DNA from: an uncultured Oscillospiraceae bacterium
GTDB lineage: Bacteria > Bacillota > Clostridia > Oscillospirales > Oscillospiraceae
NCBI GenBank assembly: GCA_944386975.1
Contig: CALXDC010000005.1
Span: forward strand, 12,959 to 76,958
DNA length: 64,000 nucleotides
Direction: 5' to 3'
In this document: positions 26,957 through 35,652 of the stretch, piece by piece
Layout of the letters: every line of letters begins with the position of its first letter
Position numbering within the stretch: the first letter of the stretch is position 1
Position numbers and translations under genes: made by a program
The notes under the pieces: model-generated
The model's input: only the letters and a program-made list of their open reading frames with translations
The model's database searches: none
What the model was told of the DNA's origin: nothing

Positions 26957-28318
26957 TCACTCCGGTTGGAGAAGAGACCGGTCCCGGCGGCGCAGATAGA
27001 AAAAGTAGAGAAGGCATGCGGTCAGACTTACCGCCGCTGAAGCGGGAACAGCCAGACTGATGGTGAACATGCCGGTGTCCGGCAGGCGGCTGAGGTAGTA
27101 GGAGAGGGGAATACGGACCAGAAAGGAGGACAACAAGCCCTGGGCCATGACAAAGGTGGTGCGCTGGCGGCCGTTAAAGTAGCCGAGAAAACAGAAAGTG
27201 AGGGGGACCATCAGGTATTCGAAGGCACTGCCCCGCATATAGTCGGCGGTGGCGGCGATGACGGCCGGGTCCTTGTCGAAAAGAGCGGCCAGGAATCCGC
27301 CCCGAAGGAAGGCGGCAAGAAAGATGATGGCGCCAAAGAGGAAGGAAATCCCCTGGGCGGTCATCAGGGCCTGCACCGCCCGACGGGGCTGGCGAGCGCC
27401 CATATTTTGGGAAACAAAAGCGGAGAGAGCGGAGAGAAAGGCGGAGGGAACGATGGAGAGGACGGCAAAGTACTTCTCCGAGATGCCGATGCTGGCGGAA
27501 GCCACCACCCCCAGGGTGTTGACAATGCTGGTGATCAGGAGGAAGGATACATGGACCAACGCATCCTGAAGGGCGATGGGAAGCCCCACCCGCAGAATGT
27601 TCCGTGCGGTTTTTCTGGCGGCAGCGCCGGGGCGGGTGACGGCGAAGGGGAGAGGATGGCGGCGCAGGTAGAGAAGGGAGAAGAGGACGCTGGCGGCCTG
27701 GGCGATGACGGTGGCCAGGGCAGCTCCGGCGGCGGCCATGTGGAAGCCTGCCACGAAGAGAAGATCCAGCGCCACGTTGACGGCGCAGGCCACCAGCACA
27801 AAGAGGAGGGGAGAGCGGGAATTGCCCACCCCGCGGAATACGCCGCTGACGGCATTGTAAGCGGTGACAAACACCATACCGCCTCCACAGATGCGGACAT
27901 ATCGCACCGTCTCGCTCATGGCCTCCGCCGGCACATTCATCCACAGGGCGGCCTGGGGCGCCAGAGCGATCACCGCGACGGTGAGGAGCAGGGCCACCAC
28001 AGCAAACAGGCGGATCATGGTAGCCGTCACAATTCCGGCGGTTTCTTTGTCTCCGGCGCCCACTGCCTGTCCAACCAGAACGGTGACCCCCATGGTGAGT
28101 CCCGCCGCCACCACGGTGGCGGTCTGCATCATCTGGCTGCCGGTGGCCACGGCCGCCACGCTGGCGGTGGAGGAGAACTGCCCCACCACCGCCAGATCCA
28201 CGGCGCCATAGAGGGCCTGGAGCACCAGGGAGAGCATGAGAGGGAGGGCAAAGCGGAGCAAGGCAGGTACGATGGGGCCGGAGAGAAAGGCGTTTTCCGG
28301 TGCGTTGGACTGGGACAT
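26957..28318 (-). CDS. MATE-family efflux transporter
   Basis: ATG at 28318 (MSQSNAPENAF...). Twelve-TM profile. PALLRFALPLMLSLVLQALYGAVDLAVVGQ is the typical MATE N-terminus. Confidence 0.85.
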   Translation of the reverse strand: MSQSNAPENAFLSGPIVPALLRFALPLMLSLVLQALYGAVDLAVVGQFSSTASVAAVATGSQMMQTATVVAAGLTMGVTVLVGQAVGAGDKETAGIVTATMIRLFAVVALLLTVAVIALAPQAALWMNVPAEAMSETVRYVRICGGGMVFVTAYNAVSGVFRGVGNSRSPLLFVLVACAVNVALDLLFVAGFHMAAAGAALATVIAQAASVLFSLLYLRRHPLPFAVTRPGAAARKTARNILRVGLPIALQDALVHVSFLLITSIVNTLGVVASASIGISEKYFAVLSIVPSAFLSALSAFVSQNMGARQPRRAVQALMTAQGISFLFGAIIFLAAFLRGGFLAALFDKDPAVIAATADYMRGSAFEYLMVPLTFCFLGYFNGRQRTTFVMAQGLLSSFLVRIPLSYYLSRLPDTGMFTISLAVPASAAVSLTACLLYFFYLRRRDRSLLQPE

Positions 28319-28501
28319 GGCGGTATTCCTCCTGCAAATTTTGTGAGAAATGAAAAATCGCCAACAAGCATACACTTGTTAGCGATAATGTACCAAACGA
28401 AGCGTCCTCGACGCGCTTTCAGCATATCACGGTCCGCAGCGGATGTCAAATCCTTTCTGACCGCCGCCGGAATCCCTCCGGGTTCCGGCGGCGGTTGGCC
28501 G

Positions 28502-30574
28502 CTATTCGGTATCGCTGAGAATCTCCCGGTGCTTGTCCACCACGCTGATGGTCAGCTCCGCCGGGTTGTCGGTGCCCGGGTCCTCCAGCACCCGCAGCAC
28601 GTGGGAGGAAATGTAGGAGGTCTCCAGAAGGTCGCCGTCCGTATTCCGCGCCTCACAGTAGGGGCTGAAATTGTCGCCGATGATGAGCCAGGCCTCCTCG
28701 GTCTGCACGATGCGCGTCACCTCGATGGGAGCCACCCCCATCTGCATGTCCGTGGGGGTGTAGGGAGAGCTGCCGCCCCAGGCGTAGCGCTGTCCGTAGA
28801 GCATGTCGTATTGCAGGGTCTGCAGGCCGGAACGGTAGGTATTTTCCTCCGCGCACTGCTGGTGGTAAGCGTTGAGGATGCCGTCGCTGATTCCCAACCG
28901 CTCCAGCACCGCGGCCGATAGCTGGTAAGCCGCCAGATCCTGGTCCACCCTGGCGAGACCCAGGTTGTCCCAGATCACATACTCTGTGCGGTAGAGGGTG
29001 GAGGACACCATATCCTCCGCCCTCAGGTTCAGGGCGGGCAGATGGTCGCCGTAGAGCACCAGCGCCGTCTTCTCCTCCCGCTTGGCGAGGGTATTCACCA
29101 GATTTCCGACGAACAAATCCATTTCCCGGATCTGGTTGACGTAATACTCTATGGCGTAGCGGTAGTCCTCGTCGGGACAGTCCACCACGGTGATGGCCGG
29201 GTCCTCCAGCACCTGGGAGACAGGGTACTTGCCGTGGCCCTGAACGGAAACAGTGAAGACGAAGTCCGTCTGATTTTCTGTGGCGTCCAGGGCCTTGAGA
29301 ATCTGGCTGGTGAGGATGCTGTCCTTGGCCCAGTTTTTGGGGGTCATGGAGGCCTGGGGCATGTACTCCAGAGCGGTGAAGTCGTCAAAGCCCAGGTTGG
29401 CATAGACCTGGTTGCGGCTATAGAAGGTGGCACGGTGGTTGTGGATGGCGTGGGTGCCGTAGCCAAGATCTTTCAGAATGTAGGCGGTGGACTCCGCAGT
29501 TTGATCCATGAGGCAGGTCTCGTAGGGGTATTCCCCAGGGCCGAAGAGCCGGGTGCTCATACCGGTGAGCACCTCGCACTCCGTGTTGGCGGTGCCGGCC
29601 CCCACCACGGGCACCGTCAGATAGCCGGTGGAATATTCGGCCTGGAGAGCCTCCCAGTTGGGGGCCGCCGGGACGGACAGAGTGAGGCCCTGAATCTGAG
29701 CAGGGTTGATGAAGGACTCCAGCTGGACGTAAATGACGTTCACGTCGGTGAGAGCGGGGCCGGAGGAGGGAACCAGCTGATCCGTCACATGGAGGACCAG
29801 AGACTCGTCATAGCCGGCAGGCCGCCGGATTCCCTTGTTCAGCCAGGTCTGGAGAAAGCAGTAGGAGAAGCCGTAGTCCTCATAGGCGAAGGCCAGGTTG
29901 GCGAAGGTGGTGGACAGCTGTCCGGCGGCAAAGGAGACGGTCGCGGCCCCGCCCAGAAGCGCGCCGGAGAGGAGAAGGCCCAGAGCGCCCGCCTTCAGCC
30001 GCCGCCGGAGGGGAACGGTGCTGCGGGGACCTCTCCAGAAGAGCACCGCCAGCCCCAGCACCGCCGCTGCCAGACAGATGACCAGCAGCACGATATAGCC
30101 GGTGGAGAGGTAGTTGGGAAGGGTATCCAGCCCCGTGTTCAGCACGGTCAGATCGGAGGTGGTGAAGGGGGTCATCCGGTTGAGAAGAATGAAGCCGTTG
30201 ACGCCGCCGGCCACCAGCCAGATGAGGGATACCATGATGCACCAGAAAAACCGCCGCCGGAAAAACAGGGCGGGGGACAGGGTGACCAGCACAATCAGCA
30301 CGTTGACCAGAAGGGCAAGCGGCTGGTGGAGGATAAAGTCGAAGAGAGAGGCGGGGCCGTTGGTGAAGGTCTTGTGATTGAAAAGTTCCGCCACCAGCGT
30401 GACCACCAGGGCCGTCAGCGGAAGGGCCGTAAAGGCGGTGCGCTCCTTGGTATACCAACCGTGACCCGATTTCTTTGGCGTAAGGGTGACTTGATCCATA
30501 ACAGACATATCCTTTTCCATGATTCCGAGATTATAGCTTGTTTTCTCTCCAATTTCTACTGCCTTTTTGCACAA
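28502..30574 (-). CDS. LTA synthase-family (LtaS-like) sulfatase-domain membrane protein
   Basis: Five N-terminal TM helices plus an extracellular alkaline-phosphatase-superfamily domain (ESF...TANTE...HGDH). The start codon is uncertain. Confidence 0.75.
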   Translation of the reverse strand: MCKKAVEIGEKTSYNLGIMEKDMSVMDQVTLTPKKSGHGWYTKERTAFTALPLTALVVTLVAELFNHKTFTNGPASLFDFILHQPLALLVNVLIVLVTLSPALFFRRRFFWCIMVSLIWLVAGGVNGFILLNRMTPFTTSDLTVLNTGLDTLPNYLSTGYIVLLVICLAAAVLGLAVLFWRGPRSTVPLRRRLKAGALGLLLSGALLGGAATVSFAAGQLSTTFANLAFAYEDYGFSYCFLQTWLNKGIRRPAGYDESLVLHVTDQLVPSSGPALTDVNVIYVQLESFINPAQIQGLTLSVPAAPNWEALQAEYSTGYLTVPVVGAGTANTECEVLTGMSTRLFGPGEYPYETCLMDQTAESTAYILKDLGYGTHAIHNHRATFYSRNQVYANLGFDDFTALEYMPQASMTPKNWAKDSILTSQILKALDATENQTDFVFTVSVQGHGKYPVSQVLEDPAITVVDCPDEDYRYAIEYYVNQIREMDLFVGNLVNTLAKREEKTALVLYGDHLPALNLRAEDMVSSTLYRTEYVIWDNLGLARVDQDLAAYQLSAAVLERLGISDGILNAYHQQCAEENTYRSGLQTLQYDMLYGQRYAWGGSSPYTPTDMQMGVAPIEVTRIVQTEEAWLIIGDNFSPYCEARNTDGDLLETSYISSHVLRVLEDPGTDNPAELTISVVDKHREILSDTE

Positions 30575-30680
30575 GAATTTCCTTGCAGATGTAGGAATTT
30601 GAATAATTGAGGGGAATAAAGAGTGAAAAAGCGCCGCGCCGGCTCTTTGTGAAGAGAGAGCCGGCGCGGCAGAGCAGAAA

Positions 30681-31802
30681 TCAAAGAAAAGAGGCCAGGG
30701 TCAGAAGGATGAAAAGTCCCCCGAAATTCACCAGGGAAAAGCGCAGCAGAAAGGGACCGGCTTTAGCGCCTTCGGAATTGAGGTAGAACTTCATAGCGAT
30801 GAGGCTGGCCAGGGAGGCAATGGGGGTGCCGAGACCTCCCAGGTCCACCCCTAAGAGAAGGCCCCGCCAATCGCTGGTAAAGCCGGCCAGCAGTACAGAG
30901 GCGGGCACGTTGCTGATGAACTGGCTGGCCAGGGCGGAGGTGAGGAGGGCACTGCGGTCCATCCAGCTCGCCAGCAGCTGCCGCAGAGCGGGGATTTCTC
31001 CCATGTTGCCGGCGAAAATGAAGAAGAAAATAAAAGTAAAGAGGAGACCATAGTCCACCCGGGCCAGCAGCTGCCACTTCATCACCAGCAAAACGATCAC
31101 CACTACGGCGGTGAGAATCCCGTAGTGGAGCACCCGGAATACAGACAGGAGGCACAGGAGAAATAGCCCCGTCAGTACCATCAGCAGCCGAAGATCCCGG
31201 ATAGACGCCCGTTGGGGGAAAGACACCTGCACCGTGCGGCTGGGGCCGATCAGCGCTCCAGCGGACAGGGCCAGCAGGCTCAGAAGGGTGAAGGGCAGCA
31301 GAGTGCCGAAAAAGTCTCCGGCGGAGAGGCCGAAGGCGCCGCAGAGGAAGAGGTTCTGGGGATTGCCCACAGGGGTGGCCATGCTGCCGAGATTTGCCGC
31401 CACGGTCTGAAGGATCACCACCGGGATGATCCGGTCCTTCTGTCCCGCCATCTCCAGAATCAGGATGGTGAAGGGGACGAAGGTGATGAGGGCCACATCG
31501 TTGGTAATGAGCATAGAGCTGAAAAAGGGCAGCAATACCAGCAGCAGGGACAGCACCCGCAGCGGTTTTCGCCCTGCCAGCAGCCGCTGGGCCAGCACCA
31601 CAAACACGCCGCAGTACTGAAAGCCCGCCACCACCGCCATCAGACACAGCAGCAGGCACAGCACCCGCAGGTCTATGTAGGAGAGATAGGCGGAGGAGGG
31701 GGGAACGAACAGAGCGGACACCGCCGCGCAGAAGGCTGCCGTCAGCGTCACCGCCTCCGATTTGCACCAGATGATGAAATTTTCCTTCCGGGTCATATCC
31801 AA
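30681..31802 (-). CDS. anion permease of the ArsB/NhaD (citrate-transporter-like) superfamily
   Basis: 373 aa. Polytopic, with NDVALITFVP and GNPQNL motifs. Confidence 0.65.
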   Translation of the reverse strand: MDMTRKENFIIWCKSEAVTLTAAFCAAVSALFVPPSSAYLSYIDLRVLCLLLCLMAVVAGFQYCGVFVVLAQRLLAGRKPLRVLSLLLVLLPFFSSMLITNDVALITFVPFTILILEMAGQKDRIIPVVILQTVAANLGSMATPVGNPQNLFLCGAFGLSAGDFFGTLLPFTLLSLLALSAGALIGPSRTVQVSFPQRASIRDLRLLMVLTGLFLLCLLSVFRVLHYGILTAVVVIVLLVMKWQLLARVDYGLLFTFIFFFIFAGNMGEIPALRQLLASWMDRSALLTSALASQFISNVPASVLLAGFTSDWRGLLLGVDLGGLGTPIASLASLIAMKFYLNSEGAKAGPFLLRFSLVNFGGLFILLTLASFL

Positions 31803-31882
31803 CCATTCCCTCCCGGCCGAAGGCCTTCGATGTCAATGCAGTATCATACCACGGCGGAAGGGAAAAGAAAAGGGCAGTTTTA

Positions 31883-32515
31883 TCAGAAAATTTCCCGGGA
31901 ACGGGGGGATAAAAGCTGCATAATGCTCACCTCAAAGGCAGTGCGGACCTGGGTGCAGCCCTCGGTGACCTTGTTGTACTCCCGGCTTTGGAATCGGCCC
32001 TCCAGGTCGAGGCGGTCCCCCACCCCCAGGGCCCCCACCTGGGCGGCCACCTGGCCCCAGGCAATGCAGGGGAGATAGTCCGCTCGGCCATACCGGCGGT
32101 TTACCGCCAGCATCACGTCGCAGATGCAGCGCCCCAGGGGGGTACGGCGGACTACCGGGGGCTTGCAGAGCACCCCGGAGAGGCGGACCAGGTTGCAGTC
32201 CTCCCCGTCTCCCGGCTCCCGAGGGGAGAGGGTCCGGGCCAGAACGCTGATCACCAGTCGGCTGCCCTGGCCGCTGCGGTTGTTGAAGGAGCGCAGCTCC
32301 CCCTCCACCGCCGCCGGACGGCCCGGCAGGGGGCTGAGGGGGGCGAGCTGGTCCCGGGTGGCCAGCACCCATAGCTGGTCCCGGCGCTGGGACAGGCGGC
32401 ACACCGCCAGCGGGAAACGATAGAACCGCTGGCCGTGGCTCTCGTGGGAGAAGAGGGCCTCCCCCGCCGCCGTTCCCCGTAGGATCACTTGATTGGTCCA
32501 CTGAGTTCCTTCCAT
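31883..32515 (-). CDS. SSB-like protein with two OB-fold-like halves
   Basis: Two similar halves: ..NQVILRGTA...FPLAV..LWVLA...VEGELRSF and ..NLVRLSGVL...DVMLAVNRRYGRADYLPCIAWGQVA...LDLEGRFQSREY. Confidence 0.4.
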   Translation of the reverse strand: MEGTQWTNQVILRGTAAGEALFSHESHGQRFYRFPLAVCRLSQRRDQLWVLATRDQLAPLSPLPGRPAAVEGELRSFNNRSGQGSRLVISVLARTLSPREPGDGEDCNLVRLSGVLCKPPVVRRTPLGRCICDVMLAVNRRYGRADYLPCIAWGQVAAQVGALGVGDRLDLEGRFQSREYNKVTEGCTQVRTAFEVSIMQLLSPRSREIF

Positions 32516-32692
32516 GTTTGTCCTTCCTCTCGTTGGTATGGATGCCGCCGGAGAAGCTCCTGGGGCGGCTGGTAGTGGAACTTATGCGGCGGCGGGAAAA
32601 AATATGTCCCTCCGCCCCATTGACAAAGGGGGAAGGGATGGGCATAGTATAGGCAGTGACCGCCTGCGGGGCGGAGAAAGGCTGGAGAAACC

Positions 32693-33844
32693 ATGGGCAC
32701 CATTTTGGACTACTTGGATTGGCGGGGGGATTTGACCTTGGAGCAGTCCCCCTTCAACGAGGTGGACAACCTGCTGCTGGCGGAGCTGAGCTTTCTGGAG
32801 CTGACGGATATTGTGCCGGACGTGGGCGAGGGCCGCGGCGTGAAGCTCCACCGGGCGGTGGAGGCCTATTTTGCCCAGCGGGAGGGGGAAGCGCTGTCCA
32901 TGGGAGTGCTGGTGCCGGACCAGATCCTCACTATGGCGCGGAAAATGGCGGAGGTTCCCCGGTTCCGGGATATGCGCCTCACGGGGTTTCGCTCCATTCT
33001 GGACAAGGAGCTGGAAATTCAGTTCGCGGCGCTGACCATTGATCTGGGGGACGGCAGCCTCTACCTCTCCTTCCGAGGCACCGACGACACCCTGGTGGGC
33101 TGGAAGGAGGATTTCAATATGACCTTCCTTCCCACGGTGCCCAGCCAGAAGCTGGCGGTGGACTACGTTCAGGAGACCGTCCGCCGCAGCCGGGGAAAAA
33201 CGCTGCGGCTGGGGGGCCACTCCAAAGGGGGCAATCTGGCGGTATACGCCGCGGTCCATTGCGGCGGGGCAGTGCAGAAGCGGCTGGCGGCGGTGTACAA
33301 CAACGACGGTCCCGGCTTCAAGGAGTCCCTGCTGGACCGGGAGGAGTACCGGGCGGTGCGGGAGCGGATCGTCACCATCGTACCCCAGTCCTCGGTGGTG
33401 GGGATGCTGCTGGAGCATGACGACAATTACCACGTGGTGAAGAGCAGCCAGCAGGGGCTCAATCAGCACGACGGTTTCAGCTGGGAGGTGCTGGGTCCCG
33501 GCTTTGTGCCGGCGGAGGACCGGTCCCAGGAGGGGCGGGTGAACGAGGAGGCCATCCGGGGCTTTTTCGCCAATTTGGACGACGGCCAGCGGCGGCTGTT
33601 TGTGGACGCCATGTTTGAGGTGCTGGGCAGTACCAACGCCCAGACCCTGACGGAGCTGGACAACGACCGGTTCAAGAGTCTGACGGCTATGGTGAAGACC
33701 TTCAAGGAGCTGAACCGGGAGTCCCGACAGGTTTTGGGGGAAGCCCTGCGGACGATTTTGAAGGCGTCCACCGACAATCTGAAGGAGGGATTGGAGGAGA
33801 AGGGCCAGGAGCTGCGGCGGCTGTGGGAGAGCAAGAAGCAGTAA
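32693..33844 (+). CDS. DUF2974 (Mbeg1-like) alpha/beta-hydrolase-fold protein
   Basis: MGTILDYLDWRGDLTLEQSPFNEVDNLLLAELSF... and the nucleophile-elbow-like GHSKGGNLA. Confidence 0.7.
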   Translation: MGTILDYLDWRGDLTLEQSPFNEVDNLLLAELSFLELTDIVPDVGEGRGVKLHRAVEAYFAQREGEALSMGVLVPDQILTMARKMAEVPRFRDMRLTGFRSILDKELEIQFAALTIDLGDGSLYLSFRGTDDTLVGWKEDFNMTFLPTVPSQKLAVDYVQETVRRSRGKTLRLGGHSKGGNLAVYAAVHCGGAVQKRLAAVYNNDGPGFKESLLDREEYRAVRERIVTIVPQSSVVGMLLEHDDNYHVVKSSQQGLNQHDGFSWEVLGPGFVPAEDRSQEGRVNEEAIRGFFANLDDGQRRLFVDAMFEVLGSTNAQTLTELDNDRFKSLTAMVKTFKELNRESRQVLGEALRTILKASTDNLKEGLEEKGQELRRLWESKKQ

Positions 33845-33907
33845 AAAAATGCGGGGCGGAAGGGGAAACACCCTTCCGCCCCGCGGCGTGTCTGCAGAGG
33901 GGGAAAC

Positions 33908-34708
33908 TCAGTGGACGTGGCTATGAGCGCCGGTGAGGAGAAGCATGACCCCCAGGGCGAAGCCCACCACAGTGAAAAGAATGGCCCACTTGGACTGCCA
34001 CTGGCGGTAGGCCTCCGGCAGCAGCTCGAAAAAGACCACATAGAGCATGGCGCCGCCGGCGATGCCAAGGGCCACGGCCAGGGCGATGGGAGCGGCGTTG
34101 CCCACGTAGAAGCCCAGCAGAGCCCCCAGGATGGTGGGTACGCCGCTGAGGGCGGCCACGGCCACGGCGGAGAAGGCCTTGGAACCATCGTGGAGGAGAG
34201 GGATGGAGATGCTCATGCCCTCGGGGATGTTGTGCATGCCGATGGTGACGGCGGCCAGGATGCTGGTGTAGCAGATGCCGTGGGCGGCTACGGTGGTGCC
34301 GATGGCCATGCCAACGGGCATGTTGTGGAGGGCCACGGCGGCAGCCAGGATAATGCCGGCGGTGTGGAGATCGTGGTGGCCGCAGGCGCAGGCGTGGGGG
34401 TGATCGTGGTCCTCATGGTGAACACTTTTGTCGATCCAGCAGTTGAGAAGGTAGGTGACGCCGAAGCCCAGCACCAGGCAGACGGGGGTCAGCAGCAGGT
34501 GAGGGGAGGCCTCGAAGGACTCCGGGGCCATGTCCAGGGAGACGATACAAAGCATGAGACCGGCGGTGAAGGAGAGGAGAAGGCTGGTGGTCTTGGGAGA
34601 TTCCCGCTTGAAGAGGGTGGCCAGCACGCCCCCCAGGGCCAGACCGCCCACACCGGTGATGGTGGTCAAAAGGATGATGAAAAGAATCAAATGGGACATA
34701 TAAAACAC
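33908..34708 (-). CDS. ZIP-family divalent metal transporter
   Basis: 266 aa. His-rich loop HHEDHDHPHACACGHHDLH. HNIPEGM and HNMPVGM motifs. Confidence 0.85.
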   Translation of the reverse strand: MFYMSHLILFIILLTTITGVGGLALGGVLATLFKRESPKTTSLLLSFTAGLMLCIVSLDMAPESFEASPHLLLTPVCLVLGFGVTYLLNCWIDKSVHHEDHDHPHACACGHHDLHTAGIILAAAVALHNMPVGMAIGTTVAAHGICYTSILAAVTIGMHNIPEGMSISIPLLHDGSKAFSAVAVAALSGVPTILGALLGFYVGNAAPIALAVALGIAGGAMLYVVFFELLPEAYRQWQSKWAILFTVVGFALGVMLLLTGAHSHVH

Positions 34709-34796
34709 CTGTTTCTTAAAAAATCGCTATTTGTCATGATAGCACGGAAAGGGCGGGACTGTCAATGAAAAAGCCGGGACGTTGCGGAAAAAGTGG

Positions 34797-34825
34797 TTGA
34801 CGGAGGGGCAAAACTGTGGTAAAAT
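34797..34825 (+). promoter_or_regulatory. sigma-A-type promoter of tRNA-Thr
   Basis: TTGACG, 17 nt, TAAAAT with a TG extension. Lies 33 nt upstream of the tRNA 5' end. Confidence 0.6.
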
Positions 34826-34857
34826 CAACGACGCTGGCATGTTGCTGGAAGAAAAGC

Positions 34858-34933
34858 GCTGGAATAGCTCAGTCGGTAGAGCAGCTGATTCGTAATCAGC
34901 AGGTCGCGTGTTCGAGTCACGTTTCCAGCTCCA
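34858..34933 (+). tRNA. tRNA-Thr (anticodon CGT)
   Basis: Folded by hand: acceptor GCTGGAA/TTCCAGC, D arm GCTC/GAGC, anticodon stem GCTGA/TCAGC with loop TTCGTAA, T arm GCGTG-TTCGAGT-CACGT, encoded CCA. Confidence 0.92.
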
Positions 34934-34935
34934 AA

Positions 34936-34971
34936 ACAAAAGGTCATCCGAAAGGATGACCTTTTGTTTTT
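34936..34971 (+). terminator. intrinsic terminator after tRNA-Thr
   Basis: Stem acaaaaggtcatcc/ggatgaccttttgt, GAAA loop, T-run. Confidence 0.85.
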
Positions 34972-35244
34972 GGCTCTGTACAATATGCATTGTTGTGAAT
35001 CCTCCAGCAGGCGGCAAACAGAGTATTGGCATGTGTCCGGTAAAAAGTCTCGACGACAGGTAAGTGGAATAGCCGGAACAGAAAAAACAAAGAAACCATG
35101 GACAGAAACACGTTGCCGGACTTTACTTTGGGCCGCTGCAGAAGCCCTGCATACCGGTAACCGGCTCTTTTGCCATCATTATAGTGAATGGGGCGTGCCG
35201 AATCGGGCGGTTGCAGGTATCTCCTCTGGAGAGAATTTCACAGA

Positions 35245-35299
35245 GTCTTAATACGGTCTTAATGCCCCCAAAGCCACCTTAATACCCTCTTATTATAAA
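35245..35299 (+). promoter_or_regulatory. phased direct repeats (GTCTTAAT-like) upstream of a TATAAA -10 box
   Basis: gtcttaat at 35245 and at 35256 (11-bp spacing). accttaat at 35276 and tcttatta at about 35288. tataaa at 35294-35299. Confidence 0.4.
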
Positions 35300-35355
35300 A
35301 TGTGGATAATAAAAGTAGAAAGAGAAGGGGTGGACGGAAGAAAGGAGGGGCAACA

Positions 35356-35523
35356 ATGGGAGACCTGATGTTACTGGCGTGCTTTTTGGCACTGGTGGGA
35401 TTCGGCTATTATGTGATGGTGCGGTTGGACCGCTTTCTGGCAGGGCTGCGGGGGGATGGACGCCCTTTCCTTTCCAGACGGCTCTGGAGCCGCGGCAGAT
35501 TCTGCAGAGGCTGGCGTCGCTGA
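35356..35523 (+). CDS. small single-TM protein upstream of kdpD (hypothetical)
   Basis: ATG at 35356 lies 6 nt after AAAGGAGGGG. MGDLMLLACFLALVGFGYYVMV is a TM helix, followed by an Arg-rich tail. Confidence 0.45.
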   Translation: MGDLMLLACFLALVGFGYYVMVRLDRFLAGLRGDGRPFLSRRLWSRGRFCRGWRR

Positions 35524-35652
35524 AGCGGCGGGAGAAAAAATAGTGTACGGCGTCGATGCCGTTGTGGTATACTGAAAAAGAGCTTTGGCGCAACAGACAT
35601 TTTGCATGCAAAATGCCTGTTGTCGCCGTTTTGTGAAAAGGGAGGGAGCGAC

